Below, piece after piece: positions 21,188 to 30,994 of a stretch of 64,000 bases of DNA. Numbering within the stretch: position 1 is the first letter of the stretch; the number at the start of each line of letters is the position of its first letter. The stretch lies in the NCBI GenBank assembly GCA_965367815.1, contig CBDUKN010000002.1, positions 96,001 to 160,000 of the forward strand, in the 5' to 3' direction. The notes under the pieces are model-generated. The model made no database searches. It was not told the DNA's origin and worked only from the letters and a program-made list of their open reading frames with translations. The position numbers were made by a program, and so were the translations under genes. The DNA comes from an uncultured Thermoprotei archaeon (GTDB lineage Archaea; Thermoproteota; Thermoprotei; Thermofilales; B15-G2).

Positions 21188-23029
21188 CTATACACCCAGG
21201 AAGGCTACTCTCTGTTTAAGGATATAGTTGGAGATCGATATAGCTGTTATCTGCGCTATAATCAACAGTACACCGAGAGCGGCTGCCACACTTACTGTTC
21301 CGACTGCCGCGCTTGCGTAGATTACTTGGCTCATATAGAATGTTATTGGGCCTTGGGATGGATTAAGGTTACTCAGTGTTATGCTTGTGCTCACTTCGTT
21401 CATTGAGTAAACGAAGGAAAGTATTCCTCCGCTAATAACGTTTGATACTATGAGCGGGAGAGCTATCGTGAAGAATACTTTAGCTCTACTTGCACCTAAG
21501 TTCATTGCCGCCTCCTCGAGAGACTCGTGGACTTGCTGCAGTCCAGCGAAAACTGTTCTCGCCGAGAAGGGCAGTCTTCTTACGCTATACGAGAATATCA
21601 GGAGGAGTCCGGGATTAAAGAATGGGTCGAAGGGTGTCTGTGAGAAGTATGTAGCGAAGAATAGCAGGTAGCCTACAGCGACGATTATTCCGGGGATAGC
21701 TATAGGCAGTGTCGATAAAGTGTCTATGAGATCTCTTCCAGGGATCTTTTTCCTAGCGACAATATATGCCGCGCTTGTTCCAACTAACAACATTATTGCA
21801 GTCGCTATTGACGAGTAAATCAAGCTATTCGTAATGGCTCTCGCGACCTCTCTGTTAGTCACTAGCGCGGAGATGTACTCGGTAGTGAACTTTGTTGGCA
21901 GAACTCCGCTTATAGCCCAGTTAGTGAAAGCCAGTATGACTACACCTATTTGAGGGAATGATGCTGATATAGCTAAAGTTGTTAGGAAAATGTATACTGG
22001 TATAAGTCCCATGATTCCTAGACGCCTAACTCTAGGCTTCCATCTTCCACCCTTGCTCAGCATAGCGTAACTGCGGAGACTTACATACTTCTTTATCGCT
22101 AAGAAAACTACTATAGCTACCAGCAGCATTATTACTGCCATAGCATAGGTTGATGCATGAACTTGTTCTATCGATCCTATTCCTCTTCTGAATTCATCGT
22201 ATATCTGGAAGCTCAATATTTTCTCGTGAAGTCCTCCCCCGAAAGCTCCACTCAGTCCTATAGGTGCTCCTAAGTCCTCCATACTGAAAATAAATACTAG
22301 CGCTGCTCCAGCTGAAATTCCAGGAAGTGCTAGCGGTAGGGTTATTGTTAGGAATAACTTAAGCCCCCTAGCTCCGAGATTCTCGGCCTGTTCCTCTAGC
22401 GTAGGATCAATGTTAATAAATGAGGAAAAAGCGTTGAGGTATACTATTGGATATAGGCTGAGCGTTTGGATAAGTATTAGTGCAGGTAAACCTGTTATCC
22501 ATATCCTGAAAGGAAGTACATGTAGGACATCACACATTAAGTAGTTGAAGAGGCCATCTACCGAGAGCACTTTACCTAAAACAAATGCATTTACGAAAGG
22601 CGTCGCAAGCATTGGTATAAGCAGTAGTACTTTGAAAACATTCTTCCCTGGGAAGTCATATCTAGCCATAATGAAAGCGGCTGTAGTCCCTATTATTCCT
22701 GCGAAAATCATAACCATAGTAGAAACGAAGAGAGAGTTCAGCAGAATTCCGAAATTAGGTCCTCTTCGACCTATTATCAGTATTTTTCCGTAGGGTGTTT
22801 TTGCTAGCTCAATCCATCTGAGTTCTGGCGGAATTTTAATGAAAGTTCCGCTGGATAATAGACTTTGGAAGTAGTGGAGAGAAAGAGAGCCTTTGTAGAA
22901 GAAAGCCCTGAGTATCATGAAAGATACTGGTAGTACAAGGAATACTCCTAGTATGAGGACAACAATTGAAAGCTGGACTATAGTGAGGCTGTCTAGTTCT
23001 CGCTTAAGTTCTCTTAAGGGCTTAAACAT
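21188..23029 (-). CDS. ABC transporter permease (Fe3+/thiamine type, duplicated)
   Basis: Two EAA-loop motifs (LEEQAENLGA, LEEAAMNLGA), about 12 TM segments. Confidence 0.9.
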   Translation of the reverse strand: MFKPLRELKRELDSLTIVQLSIVVLILGVFLVLPVSFMILRAFFYKGSLSLHYFQSLLSSGTFIKIPPELRWIELAKTPYGKILIIGRRGPNFGILLNSLFVSTMVMIFAGIIGTTAAFIMARYDFPGKNVFKVLLLIPMLATPFVNAFVLGKVLSVDGLFNYLMCDVLHVLPFRIWITGLPALILIQTLSLYPIVYLNAFSSFINIDPTLEEQAENLGARGLKLFLTITLPLALPGISAGAALVFIFSMEDLGAPIGLSGAFGGGLHEKILSFQIYDEFRRGIGSIEQVHASTYAMAVIMLLVAIVVFLAIKKYVSLRSYAMLSKGGRWKPRVRRLGIMGLIPVYIFLTTLAISASFPQIGVVILAFTNWAISGVLPTKFTTEYISALVTNREVARAITNSLIYSSIATAIMLLVGTSAAYIVARKKIPGRDLIDTLSTLPIAIPGIIVAVGYLLFFATYFSQTPFDPFFNPGLLLIFSYSVRRLPFSARTVFAGLQQVHESLEEAAMNLGASRAKVFFTIALPLIVSNVISGGILSFVYSMNEVSTSITLSNLNPSQGPITFYMSQVIYASAAVGTVSVAAALGVLLIIAQITAISISNYILKQRVAFLGV

Positions 23030-23119
23030 TCTGATATCCCATGTAGTAAGTAATGGGGAACTAAAAAAGTTTCTTAATACAAATAGAACAAAAGTATTTT
23101 CTTTCCTTAAGTAGAACTT

Positions 23120-24595
23120 CTATGACCCTGCTAAAGCTTTTACTTCGTTTATTACCTTCTCGTATCTCTTTATAGCAGCCTCTCTCCAGACCTCTATGAG
23201 CTCGTTTCTGTAGTCTACGTTCTGTATAATCTTCATCTCAATGCTCTGAGCAAATTCTTGTGTAAAAGTGACTTTCTTGCCTGTAGCAGGGTCTACGAAT
23301 TCTAGCTTCGTTGGGTCAGCTAATTCTTCTATTAGCTGCATAAACTTCTCTTTACTTATTTTACCTTCAAGTCTCGCTTTGGCCAATAAGCGCCAAGCTT
23401 CCTGTAGTTTATCATGAGGATCTGTTATGGTTGCATAGAAGAACCACCTCATGGCGTTTTCATAGGATAAAGCTAGTTCATCGCTGAAGTTTATTGGTAT
23501 TTTTCCTAAAGTAGACTCATATGCCTGTTTTAAGTCAGAGCGCTGCTTTCCTTCAGGAGTCTCGAATACCTTGGAGTTTGCCGGCAGACGGTTTATGTCT
23601 TTATCTAACCATACTTTTTGTCCTTCAGCGCTGAGAACCCATGCTATAAATGCTTGCGCTGCCTCGGGGTGCTTACTTGTAGTTAAGAGCGCAATGGGGT
23701 CTCCGTTTATTATAGTTCCATCAGTCGGTATGATATATCTACAGTTTTCCGGGTTCTGTATTTGCGCGGTGTAGCCATAGAAGTCTATAGTTATTCCCAC
23801 AGCTATGTCTCCTCTTATTACAGCGTCTCTCACTAGACCAGATTCTCCGTAAACTCTAGCGTTAGCGCCCATTAACGTTATTATAATCCAGCCTTTTCTC
23901 CATCCATAGATCTGGAGTATTATTTCATACATTCTTGTATTGCTTGTGCTTCTTGTAGGACAGGCTACACCTACACTTGGCACAGGTAGTGTTGATGCGA
24001 ATGTTTCGTTAGCTAAGTCGATCCACCTTGAAGGCATAGGGAGATTTAGCTTCTTGAGCACTTGAGTGTTTATAGTGAAGCCGAAAGATGATATAGCTGC
24101 AGCAACCCAAATGATTCTGCCCTCCTTGTCTTTTCTTACTAGAGGAGCTCCGTTTATTTCTTCAGGAATCTCCTTTAATATTTCCTCTATTAATGGACTA
24201 TCAATAGGCTTAAGAAGACCCTCTCTGGCAAGAAAATCGAAAAGAGTAGGACCCCCTCCCCATGCAACGTCTATTTCTTTTCCTGGTTTCTTGGCGCTCG
24301 CCTCAATTATATCGACCCATTGGCCTGGATCTATTGAAAGCCAGACTATGTCCACTATATTGTACTCCTTTGCGAGTTCACTTTGTAGAAACATTTCCTC
24401 TGCTTTATCTAATATGTCGTATCCATGACGAGTAATAACTCTCAGAACTATTTCCTCTTTAGGCTGTTCTTCTTCCGGTCCCGGCCCTGGCTGTGGCTTT
24501 AATACAAAAAAGTAGGCGACAATAGCTATGATAATTACGGCTATTGCAAGAATAGCTAGTACTTTCATCGAAATACTTCCACGAGACCTCATCAT
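23120..24595 (-). CDS. ABC transporter substrate-binding protein (AfuA/FbpA-like)
   Basis: N-terminal TM anchor, PG linker, IDVAWGGG, CPTRSTS, IDFYG. Confidence 0.88.
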   Translation of the reverse strand: MMRSRGSISMKVLAILAIAVIIIAIVAYFFVLKPQPGPGPEEEQPKEEIVLRVITRHGYDILDKAEEMFLQSELAKEYNIVDIVWLSIDPGQWVDIIEASAKKPGKEIDVAWGGGPTLFDFLAREGLLKPIDSPLIEEILKEIPEEINGAPLVRKDKEGRIIWVAAAISSFGFTINTQVLKKLNLPMPSRWIDLANETFASTLPVPSVGVACPTRSTSNTRMYEIILQIYGWRKGWIIITLMGANARVYGESGLVRDAVIRGDIAVGITIDFYGYTAQIQNPENCRYIIPTDGTIINGDPIALLTTSKHPEAAQAFIAWVLSAEGQKVWLDKDINRLPANSKVFETPEGKQRSDLKQAYESTLGKIPINFSDELALSYENAMRWFFYATITDPHDKLQEAWRLLAKARLEGKISKEKFMQLIEELADPTKLEFVDPATGKKVTFTQEFAQSIEMKIIQNVDYRNELIEVWREAAIKRYEKVINEVKALAGS

Positions 24596-24728
24596 TGTAT
24601 TCTATCGCATCTCTATGTATTTATTTTTATCTTTCAATAGTTTTTGTATTTCAAGACTTTATAGTAACTAAGCGCGATTTTTGACAATAAACCTTATATA
24701 GCTTCTTAAAATCTAACACTCGGAGACC

Positions 24729-25808
24729 ATGAATAGAAAAATATGTATACTGGTTTTAGCAGTACTAGCAATAACTCTTGGTCTATCAACTGCTTCCGCT
24801 AAGCCTATTGTAGCTGTATTTGCTAAAGGTATGCTTAAACCTGATCTACAGCTCCAGTGGCTCATGGGCAATATCACTAATGTTGAATGGAAACTGTTTT
24901 CAGAAACAATCACCTATGAAGACATTAAAGACTCGAAAATGCTCATAGTGGTCCTAGTAGACGTCGATGCTAACTTTACTCAAGAGGAAATAGACGCTAT
25001 CGTAAAGTGGTTTAATGACGGTGGCAAAACACTATGGCTCTGCGGAGACAGCGACTACAAGGGAGGAGACTTCAAGAGAATACCTGCGATGAACACTATT
25101 GCAGAAGCTGTTGGAACAGTGCTGAGAAATGAGCATACTGAAGCAGTAGACAGAGGCTCCAACTGCGGTGCACCATATAGAGTAGCTGCGCTAATCAGGC
25201 CAGACGATCCATTTGCAGTAGTAGCTTCAGGAATAACTAAGCCAGTACTGTTCCACGGACCAGGAATAATTGTAGCCTATAAAGATGGTAAATGGTATGC
25301 CTTAGAAAAAGAAGTACCGGAAAACGTCTATTGTATTGCCTGGACAAGCGACCAAGGCGCAATACAAGAGTCTGTTAAACCGCTGCCAGAAGTACACGAC
25401 ATAGGCTATGAAGGCAAACTAGTAATAATGGCCGCCGAAGTCTTCCCAGACAAAAAGAACATAGTACTATACTCCGCTGAAGCACCATTCGACCACTACC
25501 GCGGAATGTGGACATCAACATACCATGACGTAGAACTAGACGGCCCACAGTTTGTAGTGAACATTATTCAGCTAGGCGCATACCCAGATACATTCTGGAC
25601 ATACTACTCTAAACTCACAGCAGCAAACAAACAGATCGCCCAGCTAGAGTCACAAGTAGCCCAGCTAAAGTCTCAGGTATCACAGCTAGAATCGCAAGTA
25701 GCTAGCTTACAGAGCCAGCTCATAACATACCTCATCGGAGGCCTCGTAGTAGGACTAATTATAGGCATTGCAATAGGATTCGTAGTAGGAAAGAAGAAGA
25801 AAAGCTAA
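24729..25808 (+). CDS. Secreted cell-surface protein with heptad coiled-coil stalk and C-terminal TM anchor
   Basis: Signal peptide; GATase-like GGKTLWLCGDSD; (Q..QL.S)n repeats; TM plus KKKKS. Confidence 0.75.
   Translation: MNRKICILVLAVLAITLGLSTASAKPIVAVFAKGMLKPDLQLQWLMGNITNVEWKLFSETITYEDIKDSKMLIVVLVDVDANFTQEEIDAIVKWFNDGGKTLWLCGDSDYKGGDFKRIPAMNTIAEAVGTVLRNEHTEAVDRGSNCGAPYRVAALIRPDDPFAVVASGITKPVLFHGPGIIVAYKDGKWYALEKEVPENVYCIAWTSDQGAIQESVKPLPEVHDIGYEGKLVIMAAEVFPDKKNIVLYSAEAPFDHYRGMWTSTYHDVELDGPQFVVNIIQLGAYPDTFWTYYSKLTAANKQIAQLESQVAQLKSQVSQLESQVASLQSQLITYLIGGLVVGLIIGIAIGFVVGKKKKS
25633..25722 (+). repeat. Imperfect 21-nt coding tandem repeat (heptads QIAQLES/QVAQLKS/QVSQLES/QVASLQS)
   Basis: cagcta recurs at 21-nt spacing. 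Confidence 0.7.
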
Positions 25809-26007
25809 ATTTTCATAAAATATTTTTTACTTATTTGATATTTTAATAAATTCTATAAGCTAGTTCAGCTTACTCTTCTTAAAACTCTCAAACTTATAGC
25901 AGAAAATAAACTAGTTTAACAAGTTTAAACAGAAGCCCTTTTGCACTTAAAGATGTTTCACTCACTAAAAATATAAATCTTTAGCAATAGGAGTTTTATA
26001 GCAGATT

Positions 26008-26958
26008 ATGGGTCAAAATACTTCAACTGAAACTAAATTAACTCAAGAAAACATAAAGTATGTAATCTATTCTCTATTATCTAAAGACATTAAAATACTA
26101 AAACCAGTGGTGTCGATCAAAGAAATATACTACCCCGAACTAGGCGAATACTTCTCAGTAATAGATTTACTAGAAAATCTGGCTTCTGAAGGCTATGTCA
26201 GGAAAGTTAGATTTGAAAAAGTAATACTCTGTCCCAACTGCAACTCACACTTAGTGTTATCAAGATATTACTGTCCCAGCTGCGGGTCTTTCGACGTAGA
26301 AAGAATTAAGCTTATAATGCACACTCCATGCGGGCATATAGACATATTATCAGCATTTAAAGAAAAATGCCCTACCTGTGGTGAACCAATAAAAAGTGAA
26401 GATTTAGAGCTTCTAGGAGAAATAATGGAGTGTAACTCATGTAAAGCCAGATTCGATGAACCTACAGTAAAGCACTATTGTCTAAACTGCGGAATAGAAT
26501 TTACTCATAGAGAAGCAGTCTACGAAAAAATATTCGAGTATGAGATAGTAGAAGAGAAGTTTAGAGAACTAGAAGAGACACTCATAATGGACATAGTCAA
26601 GACCTTCTTCGAAGAAAGAGAATTTAAAGTATCAAGTAATGCTGTAGCACGAGGCGCTAGTGGACTTAATCATGTCTTCTCATTTCTTGCAATTAAAGAC
26701 AATACCGGACTTTACATTGACGTTAAATTAGCAGATGGCGAGAGCTCAGATGTATATGTTAGGACATACGCCAAGTACATAGACATAAGAGACGTCAATA
26801 CAATAAAAGACGTTCTTCTGGTGCTAAAAGGACGAGGTGTTAAAGAAAATTATGAATCTGGCTTTATGTGCATAACTTTCAGTAGCATAGAAGAACTAAA
26901 GGAGAAATTGTCTAGAGTCTACGGCTCTTTAATGGAGACTCCTAAAGAAACAGAGTAA
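26008..26958 (+). CDS. TackOD1-like multi-zinc-ribbon protein with C-terminal restriction-endonuclease-like domain
   Basis: CPNC, CPSC, HTPC, CPTC, CNSC, CLNC; RGASGLNHVFS motif. Confidence 0.75.
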   Translation: MGQNTSTETKLTQENIKYVIYSLLSKDIKILKPVVSIKEIYYPELGEYFSVIDLLENLASEGYVRKVRFEKVILCPNCNSHLVLSRYYCPSCGSFDVERIKLIMHTPCGHIDILSAFKEKCPTCGEPIKSEDLELLGEIMECNSCKARFDEPTVKHYCLNCGIEFTHREAVYEKIFEYEIVEEKFRELEETLIMDIVKTFFEEREFKVSSNAVARGASGLNHVFSFLAIKDNTGLYIDVKLADGESSDVYVRTYAKYIDIRDVNTIKDVLLVLKGRGVKENYESGFMCITFSSIEELKEKLSRVYGSLMETPKETE

Positions 26959-27016
26959 CTAAAACTCCTTGTACTGTAGAGCATTTTCGCTTTCAGAAAC
27001 ATTGGTAAATAGATCT

Positions 27017-27955
27017 CTAGGAGGGTAGAGACCCTTTAATTATTGACTCAAAGTATCCTCTCATAGCCAGACTTATTATGCTGAAAAAGAAAGCTACTGC
27101 TATGAGCATTATTATTACATGCTTTACTCCTTTAATCGCAGATCCGTCAACTATTTTTCCTGCAATAATTCCTCCCATTATTGACTGAACAAGCGAGCTT
27201 AAGAAAAACAGTCCCTCGTAAACTCTCTCATCAAGTGTTCCGAAAATAAATGTTCCTCCGACAACTTTTCCTATTTCGGCGGTTGGTCTTATAAACGACT
27301 CCATTATTACCACTGCGATAAAGCTGAAGAGAAAAACACTCATGTATATTATCCAGACATAGTGTTTTAGTCTACCTCTTTTACTGTGTTCGTAGTCTCT
27401 TATCATAGAATATATTCTTGCTGCAGAGTCTAGTACTTCTGTCATTCGTCCTCCGCTACGGTAGGCTTCTACTAGAGTTACATACGCTCTTTGAACAGCC
27501 GTAGTTGGAATTCTTTTAGCAAGACTTTCTGCAGCTTCTTCAAAGTCTGCTCTTAACTTATATCTTACAATAATTCTGTTTACTTCTTTTCCTAAAGCTG
27601 TGTCTTTTTCTCTCCTAGCATATTCTTCTAGTGCTTCGGGTAGGCTTACTCCAGCTCTAGTGCTTTCAGCGAGTTCTTTGAAAAAATCGGGAAGTTTGTC
27701 TTCGATATTTTTTACATATCTGTCTTCGAGGTAATTTATTAGAGCTACTGGTATACATATTATTATTAACCCGAAGACAATTGATGTATTAAAGACGAGA
27801 TCATAGGGCAAGGGTATTCCTATTGATGTAATTACTATACATTCATCGATAGTTTTAACTCCCGTAATTAAGGGAAAGAACATGATAAATATGCCTATTA
27901 CACACGAAGAAGTGTAAACTAGGTACCTTACTTCTTTTGGTACTAGTATACTCAC
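27017..27955 (-). CDS. Type IV pilus platform membrane protein (TadC/GspF family)
   Basis: LPDFFKELAESTRAGVSLPEAL, EAYRSGG, GIIAGKI. Confidence 0.9.
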   Translation of the reverse strand: MSILVPKEVRYLVYTSSCVIGIFIMFFPLITGVKTIDECIVITSIGIPLPYDLVFNTSIVFGLIIICIPVALINYLEDRYVKNIEDKLPDFFKELAESTRAGVSLPEALEEYARREKDTALGKEVNRIIVRYKLRADFEEAAESLAKRIPTTAVQRAYVTLVEAYRSGGRMTEVLDSAARIYSMIRDYEHSKRGRLKHYVWIIYMSVFLFSFIAVVIMESFIRPTAEIGKVVGGTFIFGTLDERVYEGLFFLSSLVQSIMGGIIAGKIVDGSAIKGVKHVIIMLIAVAFFFSIISLAMRGYFESIIKGSLPS

Positions 27956-28054
27956 GAGTTATTTATACGAGTGAGATTAAAACTTTTAAGTGCATCGAGT
28001 ATAGGAAAATATTCTAGTATTTATTAGTTTTCAAGTAAATTTTTGGTTTATAGG

Positions 28055-28924
28055 TTACGCTTGAGAAATAGTGCTGTCGTAGAGGAGGTACATTATCAGC
28101 GATGCAGATGGCATATAGATTAGTATTACTGCGACAGTAAGTACTATAGGATCTAGCCCAAATACGCCTCCTCCTATCATTGACATGAGAACGAATAAGA
28201 GAATAAATATTACAGGTGCAGCTACCATTGCTGCAATATATATTTCGGAGAGAAAACTAAGAGTGTCTACCAGCGTCTCAAGTTTTGTTTCTTTTTCTCT
28301 AATCATAGTTGATGTGAGGTAGTTTAAGTAGCTTCTTAAATCGCCACTAGTCAATGCTGTCTCTTTTAAACCTGTGAGAATTCTAGCGAAAATGGAAGAT
28401 GGAGACCTGTCAGCAGCTATTGTTAGTGCTGTAGGCAGATCGTATCCGAGAACCTTAACGCTTTTCACAATTCCCTCAAACTCATTTTTAATTTCCTTCT
28501 CAGGCTCTACTTCAGCTACTCTCTCTATGATATGCTCTAAGGACGCTCCTCCTGCCGCTAGAACAGTCATGTAGCTGACTGTGTATAGGAGATTTCTTTC
28601 AATTCGTCTTCTTCTCTCTGATACACGGTAGAGAGGATAAGCTATCATTGCCATTAGGCACGAGAGTGAGAGAACTAGTGAGAGCATTATGCCTAGTAGA
28701 ATTGAGAGAAGTAGAGGAGCTTTAAGGAAAATTACGTGTAGTACTATTAATACAGCAAGAGAAACTGCTAGAACTATGAAAGGTAAAGAGAATGCAAGCC
28801 CTATGTATGCTTTATAGTGCATTTTAATACGAGCCTTTATACAGAGATCTATGAATGACCTTAGTTTCTCTTCGTGTTCTTCTAAAAATGTTTTATAGAA
28901 TCTATACCCATATCCTTCTAACAT
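28055..28924 (-). CDS. Type IV pilus platform membrane protein (TadB/TadC/GspF family)
   Basis: YMTVLAAGG, GYDLPTAL..AA.RSPS, SGDL, LSEIY. Confidence 0.9.
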   Translation of the reverse strand: MLEGYGYRFYKTFLEEHEEKLRSFIDLCIKARIKMHYKAYIGLAFSLPFIVLAVSLAVLIVLHVIFLKAPLLLSILLGIMLSLVLSLSCLMAMIAYPLYRVSERRRRIERNLLYTVSYMTVLAAGGASLEHIIERVAEVEPEKEIKNEFEGIVKSVKVLGYDLPTALTIAADRSPSSIFARILTGLKETALTSGDLRSYLNYLTSTMIREKETKLETLVDTLSFLSEIYIAAMVAAPVIFILLFVLMSMIGGGVFGLDPIVLTVAVILIYMPSASLIMYLLYDSTISQA

Positions 28925-28928
28925 TGTA

Positions 28929-30437
28929 TCACACTGCCCTTAATTTAAGTGAAGTGTATGTTTCTCTTGGACTCCTATAGTATCTGCTTATAATTTCAGC
29001 TACTTCATCAAAGCTTCTCATTTTCTTTAAAGCGAGTATTCTGAGTATTTCTGCCCGCCTTCTCCACTCTTCCATTATTTCATTGAGAGACATAAAATTT
29101 CTTTCAGCTATGCGTTTAAGCAGCTCGCTTTCGCCGACTTTTATGAATATATCTCTTCTGGCATCCCACCTGAATACTTTCTGCATTTTTATTTCTCCGT
29201 GAACTCTATCGTAGCTGAGTACTTCGTAGACTTCGTAGACTCTTCTAACAGCTCTGTCTCCTAGTTTATGTCTAACCATTTGGACGAAGATATTAGCGAA
29301 CGGTATTAGCTCTGGCGGCACGTTCATAGGTCTGGCCTGCAGCCTCATTATTGCTGCTTCACAGCTTTCAGCGTGTATTGTACACATTCCGGCGTGGCCT
29401 GAGGCTATTGCCTGGAATAGTGTAAATGCCTCTTCTCCTCTAACCTCGCCTATAATAATGTAATCTGGTCTCTGTCTTAGTGCTGACTTCAGTAAGTCGT
29501 ATAATGTAATATTTTCGACTCCAGCTTCAGTCGATGGACGAGTTACAAGCGGAATCCAGTTCTCATGAGGTAGCCTTATTTCAGGTACTTCCTCTATCGT
29601 AACTATCTTTAATTCAGGTCTAATGAATGTGGCTACAGCGTTAAGCATCGTTGTTTTACCTGTTGCTGTAGCTCCGCTGATTATAATTGTCCTCATGTTA
29701 TCTACAGCTAGCCAGAAGTAGGCAGCTAGCTCCGGTGAGACTGTATTCAGTGAAATTAGGTCTATTATTGTGAACGGCACTGCTCTGAACTTTCTTATAG
29801 TAAATGTACCGCCTCTCATAGAGACTTCTTTTAGCGTCAAGTGTATTCTAAAGCCCTCAGGCAGAGATCCCTCGAGAATAGGCTTAGCTATCGATATGTG
29901 CTTTCCCGCTTTATAGGCTAGTCTATGTATCATAGCCTCTAGCTCTTCTTCTGTCTCAAATACTACGTTAGACGGTATTGATTCATAGTATTTGTGCCAA
30001 ACATAGACAGGTATGCCTACTCCGTCGCAGGAAATATCTTCTAGGTTCTCGTCCCTGATCATGGGATCTATCTTTCCGTAACCGAAGAAATCTCGCTCAA
30101 CATAGTAAGTTATTTTATGAATAGCTGGTCTAGGTATCTTTATTCTGAACTTTTCGATTATTTTGGCTACAGTTTCTCTAATAAAGGCTTTAGATTCGAC
30201 TTCGCTAGGCATTTTTTCACTTGTCTCAACAAAGTCCAGAAATATTCTTTTAATTTCTTCAAGAGCTTTCTTCTCTGCTTCATTTAAATATGGCTCTATA
30301 ACTAGGTATTTTAAAAAACCTTTCTTGTCTTTAACTATAGCTACATAGGCAAATGGAGGGTTAACTGCATAAAACTCTTTGAATATATATTCCCTAAACC
30401 TTGCAGCATGCTCTTTAAGCTTAAGTTCAGCTCTCAT
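28929..30437 (-). CDS. Type IV pilus assembly ATPase (FlaI/CpaF/VirB11-like)
   Basis: EDISCDG, FTIRKF, GATATGKTT, LRQRPDYIIIGEVRG, SGHAGMCTIH. Confidence 0.95.
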   Translation of the reverse strand: MRAELKLKEHAARFREYIFKEFYAVNPPFAYVAIVKDKKGFLKYLVIEPYLNEAEKKALEEIKRIFLDFVETSEKMPSEVESKAFIRETVAKIIEKFRIKIPRPAIHKITYYVERDFFGYGKIDPMIRDENLEDISCDGVGIPVYVWHKYYESIPSNVVFETEEELEAMIHRLAYKAGKHISIAKPILEGSLPEGFRIHLTLKEVSMRGGTFTIRKFRAVPFTIIDLISLNTVSPELAAYFWLAVDNMRTIIISGATATGKTTMLNAVATFIRPELKIVTIEEVPEIRLPHENWIPLVTRPSTEAGVENITLYDLLKSALRQRPDYIIIGEVRGEEAFTLFQAIASGHAGMCTIHAESCEAAIMRLQARPMNVPPELIPFANIFVQMVRHKLGDRAVRRVYEVYEVLSYDRVHGEIKMQKVFRWDARRDIFIKVGESELLKRIAERNFMSLNEIMEEWRRRAEILRILALKKMRSFDEVAEIISRYYRSPRETYTSLKLRAV

Positions 30438-30541
30438 TTTATGCCTTATGTAATTAGTTTCAGTAATCTATATTGGTTTTTCGTTTGAATAACTCTTTAC
30501 ATAAAGGTTTTAATATACCTCTACACTTATTTTCAGTAGCT

Positions 30542-30994
30542 ATGCTAAAAAAGAGCCTCGGTGTAAGCGAAGTAGTAGCATCTATTTTAATGCTTGTAAT
30601 CACTGTTGTCGTGAGCCTTCTCATTTATCTCTGGTATACGGGTTACCTTTCTACAGTAGAAAGTTCTGTGAATAAATTCTTGTTTGAAGAGGAGCTTTCT
30701 TTAAGAGAAAAAATTGAAATAGTGCATGTTTCTGTCGTAAAAGATTCTTCCTCCTCTTCTCTCAATATAACTGTATACGTTTTCAACTACGGAGATATTA
30801 TGGTTGCTATAGATGATGTAGCTTATGTGGACGGCAATATGGTTATTTTGTCTCGAGAATATACTGTTCTTCCTGGACAGTGTGTTAAAATAGAGTTCCC
30901 CCCGCTACCTTACAATAATTTGCCTTCGTTAGTGAAAATAAAGATAGTTAGTAAGAGGGGTAATTATGCAGAATACTGCGTCAAGAAACCGTAG
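30542..30994 (+). CDS. Type IV pilin
   Basis: Class III signal peptide MLKKSLG/VSEVVASILMLVITV; start moved to ATG 30542. Confidence 0.85.
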   Translation: MLKKSLGVSEVVASILMLVITVVVSLLIYLWYTGYLSTVESSVNKFLFEEELSLREKIEIVHVSVVKDSSSSSLNITVYVFNYGDIMVAIDDVAYVDGNMVILSREYTVLPGQCVKIEFPPLPYNNLPSLVKIKIVSKRGNYAEYCVKKP

